A DNA stretch of 64,000 bases, taken from sequence record DRR723986_6657. One strand, written 5' to 3'. The position numbers and the translations under genes are program-made. How positions within the stretch are numbered: position 1 is the first letter of the stretch; each line of letters starts with the position of its first letter. Below are positions 20,666-31,461 of this stretch, piece after piece. The notes below the pieces were generated by a model that was not told where the DNA came from, did no database searches, and saw only the letters and a list, made by a program, of their open reading frames with translations.

Positions 20666-21109
20666 TCAGTCGGCGTTTGTCAGCGCCTGCATACCCATCT
20701 GCTGCTGCATCAGATCGTCGAAATGCTGGGCGTTGTCGCCAGGACTCATGACGGAGCGGCAGGACGAGGCACAGTCATAAGTAAAATTCGACCCGTTACG
20801 ATTCACGGTGACGAGGTTCGACGTATTCGCTGTGACAACGACCTCTGTATTCAGGATCTGGTTCCCCGCCCGGTCGAACACCATGAGATTGGTGGTGCCG
20901 AATACCTTGCCGGTAATGAAGATCAGATGCTCGTCATGAACGGCAACGTCCGCAATGTTCCGGTTACCGAGTACAACACTTGCTGCCGTTCCCTTCATTT
21001 TGAGCGGGACAGTCTTGTTGGCTTCGACGGTCAAAGGTCCGGCGATTGCCGGGAGCACCATCAGGCTGGCGGCCAGGCCGAATGCGCAAGTCCGTGCGAA
21101 AGTTTTCAT
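20666..21109 (-). CDS. Secreted pilus-assembly protein with secretin N-terminal-like domain (CpaI-like)
   Basis: Signal peptide, then VVLGNRNIADVAV...ITGKVFGTTNLMVFD and a C-terminal CxxxC. Confidence 0.78.
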   Translation of the reverse strand: MKTFARTCAFGLAASLMVLPAIAGPLTVEANKTVPLKMKGTAASVVLGNRNIADVAVHDEHLIFITGKVFGTTNLMVFDRAGNQILNTEVVVTANTSNLVTVNRNGSNFTYDCASSCRSVMSPGDNAQHFDDLMQQQMGMQALTNAD

Positions 21110-21402
21110 GTCTGGTCACTCCGGGAATGATTTCGTGCAATTTGTCTGAAGAAAGTTTCACGAGTGCTAACTGCCAAAAAGCTCGCTTTTCCGGATGAGC
21201 AATGTATATAAAGAATCTACTTAAGGCCGCAGGGTCCGAACCTGTCCGCACCCGGATTCAGGTGGTAAACAAATCCCTGTAACCCCTTCATGGAATTTCT
21301 GTTTCTCTCAACTCGATGTGAACAATAATCGCGTAGAGTTCGAACTGTTCCGGCAGACAAATGAGAACCGGGGCGCTAACAAATGCATGATGGGAGTTTC
21401 CA

Positions 21403-21558
21403 ATGTTTGCACGTTTTCTGAAAGACGAGTCGGGTGCTACGGCTATCGAATACGGCCTTATCGCCGCTCTGATCGCTGTTGCCATCATCGGTGGTGTTAC
21501 GGCTCTTGGTACGAACGCTAACGCCAAGTTCCAGGAAGTCGCTACTGCGATGTCCTAA
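21403..21558 (+). CDS. pilA: Flp-family type IVc (Tad) major pilin, 51 aa (absent from the ORF track)
   Basis: Hand translation: MFARFLKDESG^ATAIEYGLIAALIAVAIIGGVTALGTNANAKFQEVATAMS*. GGGAG RBS upstream. Confidence 0.96.
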   Translation: MFARFLKDESGATAIEYGLIAALIAVAIIGGVTALGTNANAKFQEVATAMS

Positions 21559-21591
21559 TCGTAGTTCTCAGAACTACTGATTACCTAGAAG

Positions 21592-21625
21592 AGGCCGCCG
21601 GGTTTTCCCGGCGGCCTTTTTCTTT
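21592..21625 (+). terminator. Rho-independent terminator after pilA
   Basis: AGGCCGCCGGG-TTTT-CCCGGCGGCCT followed by TTTTCTTT. Confidence 0.9.
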
Positions 21626-21713
21626 GGCCAATGGCCCGGGATCCGGTGATCAGCATTCCTTAGGATTTAGGGGGCAGGGTCCGGCGCAGTCCTTTCTGAT
21701 GGGGAGTGCGGAC

Positions 21714-22229
21714 ATGATTCTGGTCATTCTTGGCGGGCTATTCCTCGCCCTCTGCCTTTTTGCGGCACTTCATGATGTCAACAGCCTGACGATTCCGAAC
21801 TGGCTCAATCTGGTGCTTGCGGGTCTGTTCATTCCCGCGGCAGTATTTTCCGGCCTCCCCATGGAGATTATTTTCGGCCATGTGCTGGCTGGCCTGGCAG
21901 CGTTTGTGATTGCTTTCGGCCTGTTTGCGTTCCGCATTTTTGGGGGAGGGGATGCAAAAATGATCCCGGCCGTCATGCTTTGGGTCGGGCCTTCAGCGTC
22001 CTTGCAGTTCATTTTTGCGATGGCGCTTGTTGGCGGTCTTTGTGCAATGATCATTGTGCTTGTGCGGAACACGGTACCGGCAGCCGTAGTGCCTGGGCCG
22101 ATCCGCGCCCCGTTCGAAGAAAAAGCTGGCGTTCCTTACGGTGTTGCCATCGCGGCGGGGGCTTTCTTCGCCAGCCCCGCGTCTCCAATTCTTTCCCAAA
22201 CGTTAAAAGCAGCCGGAGTAATCGGTTAA
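21714..22229 (+). CDS. cpaA: Prepilin peptidase CpaA (A24)
   Basis: HDVNSLTIPNW, GGGDAK, VPYGVAIAAG. Start assigned to ATG 21714. Confidence 0.92.
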   Translation: MILVILGGLFLALCLFAALHDVNSLTIPNWLNLVLAGLFIPAAVFSGLPMEIIFGHVLAGLAAFVIAFGLFAFRIFGGGDAKMIPAVMLWVGPSASLQFIFAMALVGGLCAMIIVLVRNTVPAAVVPGPIRAPFEEKAGVPYGVAIAAGAFFASPASPILSQTLKAAGVIG

Positions 22230-22240
22230 CGTTGCTTTAG
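22226..22240. promoter_or_regulatory. CtrA-like site upstream of cpaB
   Basis: TTAA-cgttgct-TTAG, with GANTC sites just downstream. Confidence 0.45.
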
Positions 22241-22328
22241 GCGTGCTGTGGGAATCTGACTCGTGGATGGGGATGAGCGCTGACCGGCCAGAGTCCCTGT
22301 GTATCGTAATTTAGGGGAGTTACACTCC

Positions 22329-23171
22329 ATGTCACCGATGCGTCTCATTATCCTGATTGGCGCGGCCGCTGCGGCCATAGCTGCAGCGTTTCTCGTCCGG
22401 GGGCTGGCCCAGCCGCAGACCGTGACGCAGACCGTTACTGAGCAGCAGACTGTGTTGCAGACGAGGGAAGTCTCCGAGACACACGTTCTCGTCGCGAAAC
22501 GCGACCTGATGGTTGGTGACCTTCTGTCACCCGATGATTTTGAATGGGCGCCGTGGCCCGAGAAAAACGTCGTGGATGGTTACAAGACGGAGGAAGCTGA
22601 CGCTGACGCAATCGCAGAACTGTCGGGAAGCGTCGTGCGCATTCCAATCTATGCAGAAGAGCCCGTCCTTCCGCAAAAGCTGGTCATGAAGGGCGAGACC
22701 GGTTTCATGGCCGCGCTGCTGTCGCCCGGTATGCGGGCCATCTCCGTGGAGATCTCGACCGAATCGGCGTCCGGCGGCTTCATCCTTCCGGATGACCGGG
22801 TGGATGTGATCCTGACCTACCAGGCGCAGGTCGCTATGGCTGACGCGGTTCTGGATCGTCCTGTGACCGAAACCATTCTCCAGAATGTCCGGGTGCTGGC
22901 AATCGACCAGGTCTTTTACCAGGGAGAATCCGAATCGGCCTCCCAGATCGGCAATACGGCCACGCTGGAAGTGAAGCCGGACGAAGCGGAGCTGATTGCC
23001 CATTCGCAGCGTCTCGGCACGCTGTCGCTGTCACTGCGGCCGTGGTCGGATGCTGGTGACACAGGGTCGCGGGGCGCACGGACTGACCTCCTGCGCGGCG
23101 GCGGTACGCCCGGAAACGGCATCACAATTTATCGCAATGGCCAGGCAGCGTCCGGCCTTGGGGGTAGCTGA
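22329..23171 (+). CDS. cpaB: Flp pilus assembly protein CpaB
   Basis: SAF domain, PGMRAISV, GGFILPDDRVDVIL, LQNVRVLAIDQ. GGGGAG RBS. Confidence 0.93.
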   Translation: MSPMRLIILIGAAAAAIAAAFLVRGLAQPQTVTQTVTEQQTVLQTREVSETHVLVAKRDLMVGDLLSPDDFEWAPWPEKNVVDGYKTEEADADAIAELSGSVVRIPIYAEEPVLPQKLVMKGETGFMAALLSPGMRAISVEISTESASGGFILPDDRVDVILTYQAQVAMADAVLDRPVTETILQNVRVLAIDQVFYQGESESASQIGNTATLEVKPDEAELIAHSQRLGTLSLSLRPWSDAGDTGSRGARTDLLRGGGTPGNGITIYRNGQAASGLGGS

Positions 23172-23173
23172 GC

Positions 23174-24736
23174 ATGAAGGCCTTCCTGAAAGCCAGAACG
23201 GCAGCTGTAATTGCCTTGTCGCTCGCGATAGGGCCGGCGGCTTTGGCGGGACCAAACACATTCGGGACCCAGATCACCCAACCGGGTGAATCCGCGGTCA
23301 GCGAGCAGGTAACGCTCGGACTGAACAAGTCGACGATCATTGACCTCGGCGCGCCTGCGGCAGATGTCGTGATCACCAATCCTGAGATTGCCGACGCCAT
23401 TGTGCAGACGTCGCAGCGGATCATCTTCCGCGGCATGGATTACGGGCAAACCAATGCCTTTGTCTTCGATCGCCAGGGCAACCAGCTTCTCAATCTCGAA
23501 ATCAATGTCGAGATGGACATGGCCAGCGTCCAGCAGATGATTGCCCGCCACGTGCCAGATGCCCGGGTCAAGGTCGAAGGCCTGAACGGTAATGTCGTGA
23601 TTACCGGAACCACGGACAGTCTGGCCGAATCCGACGCCGTGCAGCGTCTGGTTGAGGCCTATCTCGGCGCGGACGCGGCGGAAGAGACCAAAGTCATCAA
23701 CATGATCGACATTGCGGCGAAGGACCAGGTGCTCCTGGAAGTCCGCATCGTCGAGATGCAGCGCAATGCGATCAAACAGCTGGGGATCAATCTGAGTGGA
23801 TCACCGACCTTCGGCGACCTCGGCAATCTGGTTGAGCGCCAGCTCTTTGTTGGGAATCCGCCGGTTAATGCAGATACAACCGCGCTGCTGCCGGGATTGC
23901 CATTTGATGTTTCCTCAAATGTCGGTTCCAGCTTGGGCTTTCCGCTTCAGGGACGGTCTCTGGGCGGTTTCGACGGCAGCGCTTCGTACAGCAACTATGT
24001 TGGTACGGACCTCCAATCGAGGGTCGGTGTCGAGCTGAATGCGCTCGAGCGTATCGGCATCGTCAAAACGCTCGCTGAACCGAACATTGTCGCCATGTCG
24101 GGCGAGAGTGCGAAATTTCTTGCCGGCGGTGAATTCCCGGTCCCAGTCGGTCAGGACCAGAATGGCCGGATTACGGTCGAGTTCAAGCCTTATGGCGTTG
24201 GTCTCGGCTTTACGCCGGTCGTCTTGTCGGAAGGACGTATCTCCCTGAAGATCTCGACGGAAGTTTCCGAGCTGAGCTCCGAGGGCGCATTCCAGGGCGA
24301 GAGCACCACGATAGTCGACGCTCAGGGCAACACCACCTCCTATGAAGGCGTGACCCTGCCGGCGCTCTCTGTCCGGCGGGCCGAGTCGGTGATTGAGCTG
24401 CCGTCTGGCGGATCGATGATGATGGCGGGCCTGATCCAGTCGCAGACGCGTCAGAGCCTCGACCAGATTCCTGGACTCAAGAAGCTGCCGATCCTGGGCG
24501 CGTTGTTCCAGTCTCGCGACTTCATCCAGGAAGAAACCGAACTCGTTGTGATCGTGACGCCTTACCTGGTAGATCCGACCAAGAAGGATCAGCTTCGTAC
24601 GCCAGCTGACGGTTATGCAAACGCTTCGGACTCGAAGACCATCTTCTTCGGCAAGCTGAATGAAAAATATGGCCGCAACGGTGAGCCCGTTTCGGCGTCT
24701 GATTATCGTGCCCCTGTGGGCTTTATCGAGGAATAG
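23174..24736 (+). CDS. cpaC: Pilus secretin CpaC/RcpA
   Basis: QVLLEVRIVE, LAEPN..AMSGE.AKFLAGGEFPVP, LPILGALF, ETELVVIVTPYLV. Confidence 0.95.
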   Translation: MKAFLKARTAAVIALSLAIGPAALAGPNTFGTQITQPGESAVSEQVTLGLNKSTIIDLGAPAADVVITNPEIADAIVQTSQRIIFRGMDYGQTNAFVFDRQGNQLLNLEINVEMDMASVQQMIARHVPDARVKVEGLNGNVVITGTTDSLAESDAVQRLVEAYLGADAAEETKVINMIDIAAKDQVLLEVRIVEMQRNAIKQLGINLSGSPTFGDLGNLVERQLFVGNPPVNADTTALLPGLPFDVSSNVGSSLGFPLQGRSLGGFDGSASYSNYVGTDLQSRVGVELNALERIGIVKTLAEPNIVAMSGESAKFLAGGEFPVPVGQDQNGRITVEFKPYGVGLGFTPVVLSEGRISLKISTEVSELSSEGAFQGESTTIVDAQGNTTSYEGVTLPALSVRRAESVIELPSGGSMMMAGLIQSQTRQSLDQIPGLKKLPILGALFQSRDFIQEETELVVIVTPYLVDPTKKDQLRTPADGYANASDSKTIFFGKLNEKYGRNGEPVSASDYRAPVGFIEE

Positions 24737-24747
24737 GGGACCAGAAG

Positions 24748-25461
24748 GTGACCAGGATCCTGAAACCCACCGCCAATTTGATTGTTGCTGGCATAGGAAT
24801 GGCAGCGCTAAGCGCTTGCTCCAGCATGGCGCCATCGACCGTACCTGACTCCTATCTGCAGGGAACGGTGCTCGACCGGAACGCCATCCGCGTTGAGAAG
24901 AAGACTGAATTCCTGGAGATTGCGATCCACCCGCAAGCGTCGGAAGTCAGTCTTGCAGACAAGGCCGCGATATCGAACTTCGTTTCGGCCTATCGGGATC
25001 ATGGCCATGGCCCGCTGATCATGTCCTTGCCAGCCTCATCCGCCAATCCGCAGTTGGCTGTAGCAGCTGTCGCGGAAGCCCGGGCGATCGCCTACGAAAA
25101 TGGCGTTCAGTATGAAGAAATCGAGGGAACGCATCATGGCGAAGACTCTCTCGTTTCCGAACCGATGATCCTGGCGTTCCAGGCATATGATGCCATAGCG
25201 CCAGACTGTCCTTCCGAAGCGACGATCGATTATGCGGACATCAGTTCCAATAATGAGCGGGCCACGCTCGGTTGTTCTATCCGCTCGAACCTCGCAGCGA
25301 TGATCGCCGATCCGGCTGACCTCCTCGGAAGCCGACCGCTGGACAGCGCCGATCCGGTTCGCCGCAGCGTCATTCTTGAGAAATTCCGTAAGGGTGAATC
25401 GACCGCATCCACGCGAAGCAGCGATGAATCCGGAACCGTTTCCACGGCCGTTTCGAACTAG
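24748..25461 (+). CDS. cpaD: Pilus assembly lipoprotein CpaD
   Basis: Lipobox LSAC and LGCSIRSNLAAMIADPADL. Confidence 0.9.
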   Translation: MTRILKPTANLIVAGIGMAALSACSSMAPSTVPDSYLQGTVLDRNAIRVEKKTEFLEIAIHPQASEVSLADKAAISNFVSAYRDHGHGPLIMSLPASSANPQLAVAAVAEARAIAYENGVQYEEIEGTHHGEDSLVSEPMILAFQAYDAIAPDCPSEATIDYADISSNNERATLGCSIRSNLAAMIADPADLLGSRPLDSADPVRRSVILEKFRKGESTASTRSSDESGTVSTAVSN

Positions 25462-25487
25462 AGCGTAAGACAAGGAATAAACAAGCC

Positions 25488-26891
25488 ATGTCCAGTGAAA
25501 AGCCGCTCCACGAATCCGATTTCGAATCCGACTTCGAAGACGTCTTTGCAGATGATCCATTGGCGGATCTGGCCCTGCCGAAAGAGGAGCCGATGGCCGA
25601 AGAGATGGAAGAGTCTCCGGTGATGGTCGATCTGGATACGCCGCAGCGTGAGGTCGAGTTTGATCAGCCGGTCTTTTCTGCACCTGAGGATGGCCTGGGG
25701 GGAGATTCCGTCCTGCCCGCCATTTCGATTCAGGTTTTCTACGAGCGTGATGAAACCCGCTTGCTGATGGAAGTCTGCGCCCGTGACCGGCGCATGGGCC
25801 GCGCGACGATTGAGGCGCATGCGGGCGGCATCTCCGCGGCGACCGAATATATGCGCCTAAACCCGACGCCAAACCTGCTCATTATCGAATCGTCTGCCCG
25901 TTCGGCCCAGCTTCTGTCCGAGATCGATCAGCTGGCAGAACATTGCGACGAAACAGTCAAAGTGATGGTTGTCGGTGCGATTAACGACATCGCCCTGTAT
26001 CGCCAGCTGGTTGCCCGCGGCGTCAGCGAGTACGTCGTCCCGCCATTCCAGCCCCTGCAGATTCTCCGGACAATCTCCGGCCTCTTTGCCGATCCGGATG
26101 CTCCATTTGTCGGCAAACAGATTTCTGTGGTTGGTGCGAAAGGCGGGGTAGGGGCCTCGACAATTGCCCACAACCTGGCTTGGGCCATGGCTGAGAACAC
26201 CAAGGTCAATACGACACTCGTCGATCTTGATCTGTCGTTCGGGACCACGGCGCTGGATTTCAATCAGGAACCGGCACAAACCATCGCGGATGCCTTGCTC
26301 CAACCAGAGCGGGCAGATGACGCCGTGATCGAGCGTCTGCTTGCCAAGGCAAGTGACCGGCTCTCGCTGTTCACGGCACCGGCCTCGATTGGCCAGATCA
26401 TGGACATTCCGGATGAGTCTTACGTCTCCGTGATCGAAGTCGTTCGCCGGAACGTGCCATTTCTGGTCCTGGACCTCCCGCATGTATGGAGCCGCTGGGT
26501 GCAGCGCACGCTCGTTGCATCTGATGAGGTGATCATCGTCTGCCAGCCGGATCTCGCTTCCCTGCGCAACGGCAAGAACTATATCGACCAGTTGAAGGCA
26601 GCGCGGCCAAACGATAACCCGCCGCGTCTCGTCATAAACATGTCGGGTGTGCCGAAGCGACCGGAAATTCCGGTGAAAGACTTCGCCGCCGCGATTGGTG
26701 TCGAGCCGGAAGTGATCCTGCCGTTCGAGCCGGAACTGTTCGGCACGGCAGCAAACAACGGGCAAATGATTTCCGAGACGGACGGTACATCACGTTCGGC
26801 ACAGGCAATCGACCATATGGCTTCGCTGCTCACCGGGCGTTCGGTCGCGGCGCAGCAGAAATCCATATTCAAGAAACTGTTGGGCAAGTAA
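25488..26891 (+). CDS. cpaE: Pilus localisation protein CpaE/TadZ
   Basis: Receiver-like domain plus deviant Walker A GAKGGVGAST; acidic N-terminal extension. Confidence 0.92.
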   Translation: MSSEKPLHESDFESDFEDVFADDPLADLALPKEEPMAEEMEESPVMVDLDTPQREVEFDQPVFSAPEDGLGGDSVLPAISIQVFYERDETRLLMEVCARDRRMGRATIEAHAGGISAATEYMRLNPTPNLLIIESSARSAQLLSEIDQLAEHCDETVKVMVVGAINDIALYRQLVARGVSEYVVPPFQPLQILRTISGLFADPDAPFVGKQISVVGAKGGVGASTIAHNLAWAMAENTKVNTTLVDLDLSFGTTALDFNQEPAQTIADALLQPERADDAVIERLLAKASDRLSLFTAPASIGQIMDIPDESYVSVIEVVRRNVPFLVLDLPHVWSRWVQRTLVASDEVIIVCQPDLASLRNGKNYIDQLKAARPNDNPPRLVINMSGVPKRPEIPVKDFAAAIGVEPEVILPFEPELFGTAANNGQMISETDGTSRSAQAIDHMASLLTGRSVAAQQKSIFKKLLGK

Positions 26892-26915
26892 GGTCTGACA
26901 AGGCGGGACATACGA

Positions 26916-28412
26916 ATGGCATTCGGGAAACGTTCACCTTCTGCGACACCGACAGCGGCACCGGCCTCTGCGCCGGCGCCGAAGGCTGCACCTGCGCCAG
27001 CCGCACCGCGTCCGCAAGCCGCAAAGCCTGCAGCACCGAAACCTGTTGCGGTGAAGGGCGCGCCCAAGGCGCCGCCTCCGCCAGCCCCGGCACCGCCGGA
27101 GCCGAAGCAGGAAAAGGTTCGCCAGGTTTCGCAGCAGTCTGAACAATACTACGCGACGAAGACGACGATCTTCAATGCGCTGATCGATACGATCGACCTC
27201 TCTCAGCTGGCACAGCTCGATTCCGAAAGTGCACGGGAAGAGATCCGCGACATTGTCGTCGAGATCATCTCCATCAAGAATGTGGTGATGTCCCTGTCGG
27301 AGCAGGAGCAGCTGCTCGACGACATCTGTAACGATGTTCTGGGCTATGGCCCTCTGGAGCCGCTCCTGGCACGAGACGACATTGCCGATATCATGGTCAA
27401 TGGTGCCGACACGACCTATATCGAGGTCAACGGCAAGATCGAGCGGACCAATATCCGTTTCCGTGACAATGCTCAGTTGATGAACATCTGTCAGCGGATT
27501 GTGAGCCAGGTTGGCCGCCGCGTTGATGATTCCTCTCCCATTTGTGACGCGCGACTGCTTGACGGCTCTCGTGTGAACGTGATCGCGCCGCCACTGGCGA
27601 TTGACGGGCCGACCCTGACAATTCGTAAGTTCAAAAAGGACAAGTTGCGCCTTCAGGACCTTGTGAATTTCGGCTCTATTAGTGAGCCGGGTGCTGAGCT
27701 TCTCCGGATCATCGGTCATTCGCGTTGCAATGTCCTGATCTCCGGCGGCACGGGTTCGGGTAAGACAACCCTGTTGAACTGCCTCACCGGGTTCATCGAA
27801 CCGGGCGAACGCGTCATCACCTGCGAAGACTCCGCGGAACTCCAGCTCCAGCAGCCGCATGTTGTGCGGCTCGAGACACGTCCGCCGAACATTGAAGGCT
27901 CCGGCGAGATCACCATGCGGGATCTCGTGAAGAACTGTCTGCGTATGCGTCCGGAACGGATCATCGTGGGCGAGGTGCGTGGCCCGGAGGCGTTTGACCT
28001 TCTCCAGGCCATGAACACCGGTCACGACGGCTCGATGGGAACGCTGCACGCCAACAGCCCGCGCGAAGCCCTCAGCCGTGTGGAATCCATGATCACGATG
28101 GGCGGTTTCTCGCTGCCGGCAAAGACCATCAGGGAGATGATCGTCGGCTCGATCGATGTTGTCGTCCAGGCATCGCGTCTGCGTGATGGTTCGCGCCGTA
28201 TCATGAACGTTACGGAGGTTCTGGGTCTCGAAGGCGATACGATCGTCCTCCAGGATGTCCTGAAATACGAAATTGAGGGCGAGGACGAGAACGGCCGTGT
28301 CGTAGGCAAGCATCGCGGCACCGGTATTGGCCGTCCGCGATTCTGGGACCGTGCGTCCTATTACAATCTTGAGCGCGAACTCGCAGCAGCCCTTGATGAG
28401 CTGGGAGGCTGA
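26916..28412 (+). CDS. cpaF: Pilus ATPase CpaF/TadA
   Basis: [32 protein letters not shown]; Pro/Ala-rich N-terminus. Confidence 0.96.
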   Translation: MAFGKRSPSATPTAAPASAPAPKAAPAPAAPRPQAAKPAAPKPVAVKGAPKAPPPPAPAPPEPKQEKVRQVSQQSEQYYATKTTIFNALIDTIDLSQLAQLDSESAREEIRDIVVEIISIKNVVMSLSEQEQLLDDICNDVLGYGPLEPLLARDDIADIMVNGADTTYIEVNGKIERTNIRFRDNAQLMNICQRIVSQVGRRVDDSSPICDARLLDGSRVNVIAPPLAIDGPTLTIRKFKKDKLRLQDLVNFGSISEPGAELLRIIGHSRCNVLISGGTGSGKTTLLNCLTGFIEPGERVITCEDSAELQLQQPHVVRLETRPPNIEGSGEITMRDLVKNCLRMRPERIIVGEVRGPEAFDLLQAMNTGHDGSMGTLHANSPREALSRVESMITMGGFSLPAKTIREMIVGSIDVVVQASRLRDGSRRIMNVTEVLGLEGDTIVLQDVLKYEIEGEDENGRVVGKHRGTGIGRPRFWDRASYYNLERELAAALDELGG

Positions 28413-28414
28413 CG

Positions 28415-29449
28415 ATGGACGGTAACATGATGACCATCGCAATTGCCGTTCTGGCATTTGTGGCTATCGCCGGCCTCGGTTTGGCGTTTTCGGGTGGTGA
28501 GAAGGAAGCGGCTAGGAAGCGTGCGCGTGCCATCGGCGCCGGCGCGACCGTGTCGGGGAGGGGCCGGGCCGGCAAGGTCATGGACGAGTCGGCGAAGCGC
28601 CGCGCCAAGACGCAGGAGATGCTGGACTCGCTCCGTAAGCAGGGGCAGGCGCGCCGGAAAAGCAGCGGCGCTCAGACGATCAAGGACAAGCTCGTGCAAG
28701 CGGGTCTTGATGTTCCGCTCTCCGCATTCTGGATGTTCTCCATTCTTTTAGGGGGTGTTTGCGGTGCGCTGGTCTTCCTGTCGGGGTTCGAAGGTCTGAC
28801 CATTTCCGGTATAGCCTTGCGGAGCCGTCCAGCCCTCGTGGCAGGTGCGTTCTTTGGCGGGGCATTTGGTTTGCCGCGGTTTTTCCTGAACTTCATGATC
28901 AAAGGCCGCCATAAAAAGATGATCAACCAGTTTGCCGATGCGCTGGACGTGATCGTGCGCGGTGTGAAATCCGGCCTGCCTTTGAATGAATGTATTCGGA
29001 TCATTGCCAAGGAAAGCCCGGAGCCGCTGAGGACCGAATTCGGTACACTCGCCGACAATCTGGCCATGGGGGCAGGGACCGAACGGTCCCTGAGCATGTT
29101 CTACAAGCGCGTGCCGTTGCAGGAAGTGAACTTCTTCATGATCGTTCTGCTGATTCAGGCCAAGGCGGGCGGTAACCTTTCCGAAGCGCTCGGCAACCTG
29201 TCGAGCGTGATCCGGTCGCGTAAAATGATGCGTGAAAAGATCAAGGCGATGTCGTCCGAAGCGAAAGCGTCGGCTATGATCATTGGTTCTCTACCCTTTG
29301 CGGTTGGTCTGCTCGTCTTCATGACCACACCGGATTACATCATGGAACTGTTCCGGACCGAGACGGGACACGTCGTTCTGGCAACAGGATCGACCCTGAT
29401 GTTTACCGGTATCATGACGATGAAGAAGATGATCAACTTCGATATCTAG
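28415..29449 (+). CDS. tadB: Tad inner-membrane platform protein TadB
   Basis: T2SSF domain with QFADALDVIVRGVKSG and GGNLSEAL. Confidence 0.92.
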   Translation: MDGNMMTIAIAVLAFVAIAGLGLAFSGGEKEAARKRARAIGAGATVSGRGRAGKVMDESAKRRAKTQEMLDSLRKQGQARRKSSGAQTIKDKLVQAGLDVPLSAFWMFSILLGGVCGALVFLSGFEGLTISGIALRSRPALVAGAFFGGAFGLPRFFLNFMIKGRHKKMINQFADALDVIVRGVKSGLPLNECIRIIAKESPEPLRTEFGTLADNLAMGAGTERSLSMFYKRVPLQEVNFFMIVLLIQAKAGGNLSEALGNLSSVIRSRKMMREKIKAMSSEAKASAMIIGSLPFAVGLLVFMTTPDYIMELFRTETGHVVLATGSTLMFTGIMTMKKMINFDI

Positions 29450-29458
29450 GCAGGCACA

Positions 29459-30538
29459 GTGTACGAGATCATCCTTTCCCTGACGAAGCCTGAAGCCCTG
29501 GCGTCCCTGTTGGTCGCGGTGGCCGTGTTCGGCACCATGGTGACCATGTTTCTGCCCTATCTGCAGGGCAACAAGCTGGAAACGCGGCTTAAATCCGTTT
29601 CGATGCAACGGGAAAAACTGCGCAAGCAAAACCGGGCAGCGCTTGAAAACAAAAAAGGCCTGCGCCGGAAAGATGATTCGACCATCGGCGAGATTTCTTC
29701 CCGCCTGAACCTGGCCAAGGCCCTGGAAGATCCGAACCTTCAGGACACACTGAACAAGGCCGGCATGCGGGGCCCTGGCCCTGTCTCCGCATTCTATTTT
29801 GCGCGGATGACGCTGCCCTTCGTGGGGATGCTGGTCGTCTTCGTCTATGTCTTCTTCGTGAATGATTTCGGTTTCCAGCCGATGATGAAGTACGGTTCCC
29901 TCCTATTCGGGGCTGCGGCGGGTTTCTATGCGCCAAATCTGTACGTTTCCAATCTGGCCCAGAAACGCCAGAAATCCATCATGCGCGCCTTTCCCGATGC
30001 GCTCGACATGCTGCTGATCTGTGTCGAAGCCGGCATGTCGATCGAGCTTGGCTTTCACAAGGTCAGCCAGGAGATCGGCTCCGCGTCTCCGGAACTGGCC
30101 GAGGAATTCGGCCTGACGGTTGCGGAACTGTCCTATTTGCCAGAGCGCCGCCAGGCCTATGAAAACCTGGCGAAACGTACGGGGCACGAAGGCGTCAAAG
30201 CTGTCTGTATGGCGCTTGGCCAGGCCGAACGCTACGGTACGCCGCTGGGCGATGCGCTGCGTGTGATGGCCAAGGAGAACCGTGAGATGCGGATGTCGGA
30301 GGCCGAGAAGAAGGCCGCGGCACTTCCGGCCAAGCTGACCGTGCCGATGATCGTCTTCTTCCTGCCGGTCCTGTTCCTCGTCGTGCTTGGCCCGGCCTAC
30401 ATCAAATTCCAGAAGATGCAGTCGAAGAATGATGCAGTTCCGGCTGTTACGACGGAGCAACGCACGAATGACCGCCGCTCCGATGCGGGCGGCCTGATCG
30501 GGATCGACCCGCGCATTGAAGTCAGCGTCCTGGCCTGA
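29459..30538 (+). CDS. tadC: Tad inner-membrane platform protein TadC
   Basis: FPDALDMLLICVEAG, YGTPL, KLTVPMI. Confidence 0.92.
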   Translation: MYEIILSLTKPEALASLLVAVAVFGTMVTMFLPYLQGNKLETRLKSVSMQREKLRKQNRAALENKKGLRRKDDSTIGEISSRLNLAKALEDPNLQDTLNKAGMRGPGPVSAFYFARMTLPFVGMLVVFVYVFFVNDFGFQPMMKYGSLLFGAAAGFYAPNLYVSNLAQKRQKSIMRAFPDALDMLLICVEAGMSIELGFHKVSQEIGSASPELAEEFGLTVAELSYLPERRQAYENLAKRTGHEGVKAVCMALGQAERYGTPLGDALRVMAKENREMRMSEAEKKAAALPAKLTVPMIVFFLPVLFLVVLGPAYIKFQKMQSKNDAVPAVTTEQRTNDRRSDAGGLIGIDPRIEVSVLA

Positions 30539-30567
30539 TCCGCCGGAAATCTTCAGATATGGATGCT

Positions 30568-31461
30568 TCAGCCGCCGGTGCGGCGTAACCGCAAGCCAGT
30601 TGCTTCGGCGGGCGGCGCGTCAGCCTCCGGCGCCGGTGCCGCGGCCTGCGCCGAGGTTTTTCCCTGAAGCGCCTCCGGATCACGGCCCGGCTTTATCATT
30701 TCCTTCAGGAGTTCAACATTCTGCTCGACCACGGCGTCCGGCGCAAAACCAGCGCTCGTTTTCTGCATCTCTTCGAACCGGCCCTGAAGGCCCAGCACCA
30801 GTGCGAGGTTTTCGCGGATTCGAACATCGCCCGGTGCGATAGCAGCGGCCTGGCGCAGCTTGGCTTCAGCTCCGGTCAAATTACCTGTCAGCGCGAGAGA
30901 GAGCCCGTAATTGGCCAGCGTTGAGGCGCGGGCCGGCTCGATGGCCAACGCTCTTTCGTAAGCGACCTGCGCGCCTTTGTGATTTTCAAGCTGGTCCATA
31001 GAGGTGCCAAGCGCGGCCCAGGCGTCCGCCCGGTCAGGCTGAGCGACGGCGACCTGTTCGAATGCCCGTGCAGCGCCCAATTGGTTGCCATTGGCGGCCA
31101 GCGCCCGGCCCAGCGGCATCAGGATGCGCGGCTCGTTGGGATGGATGACCAGCACTTCGGACAGGACCTCAACCGCCCGTTCCGTGGAGCCGATGCCGCG
31201 CAGGGCGTCAGCGAAGGTCAGGGCGTTGTCCAGGTTTTCGGCATCCTTGGCATATTCCTTCGACCAGAAATTCGCCTTTGTCAGCGGGTCTGCATTGTTG
31301 GCCGCTTCGATTTCCTCAGGGGTTGCCGGCTTCATGGCCTCGGTCATGGCAGCCTGCAGCTCTGCCGCAGCTTTGGCATCCGGATCAGGCGTCGAGGCGC
31401 AGGCCGAGATACCGGCCAGGGCGACAGCAAGTGCAGCCAGTGAGGTTTTGGCTCTGGACAT
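30568..31461 (-). CDS. tadD: TPR lipoprotein TadD/CpaO (pilotin)
   Basis: Lipobox ISAC, TPR repeats, NLALVLGLQGRF. Start 31461 or 31491. Confidence 0.82.
   Translation of the reverse strand: MSRAKTSLAALAVALAGISACASTPDPDAKAAAELQAAMTEAMKPATPEEIEAANNADPLTKANFWSKEYAKDAENLDNALTFADALRGIGSTERAVEVLSEVLVIHPNEPRILMPLGRALAANGNQLGAARAFEQVAVAQPDRADAWAALGTSMDQLENHKGAQVAYERALAIEPARASTLANYGLSLALTGNLTGAEAKLRQAAAIAPGDVRIRENLALVLGLQGRFEEMQKTSAGFAPDAVVEQNVELLKEMIKPGRDPEALQGKTSAQAAAPAPEADAPPAEATGLRLRRTGG

Noticed and set aside
21318-21521. 67-aa plus-strand ORF from the track
   Set aside because: Out-of-frame overlap with the real Flp pilin at 21403-21558.
26940-27110. Repeat-like Pro/Ala-rich tract at the start of cpaF (also Gly/Pro tracts at 44030-44090 and 44460-44520)
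   Set aside because: Low-complexity protein linkers, not DNA repeat elements.
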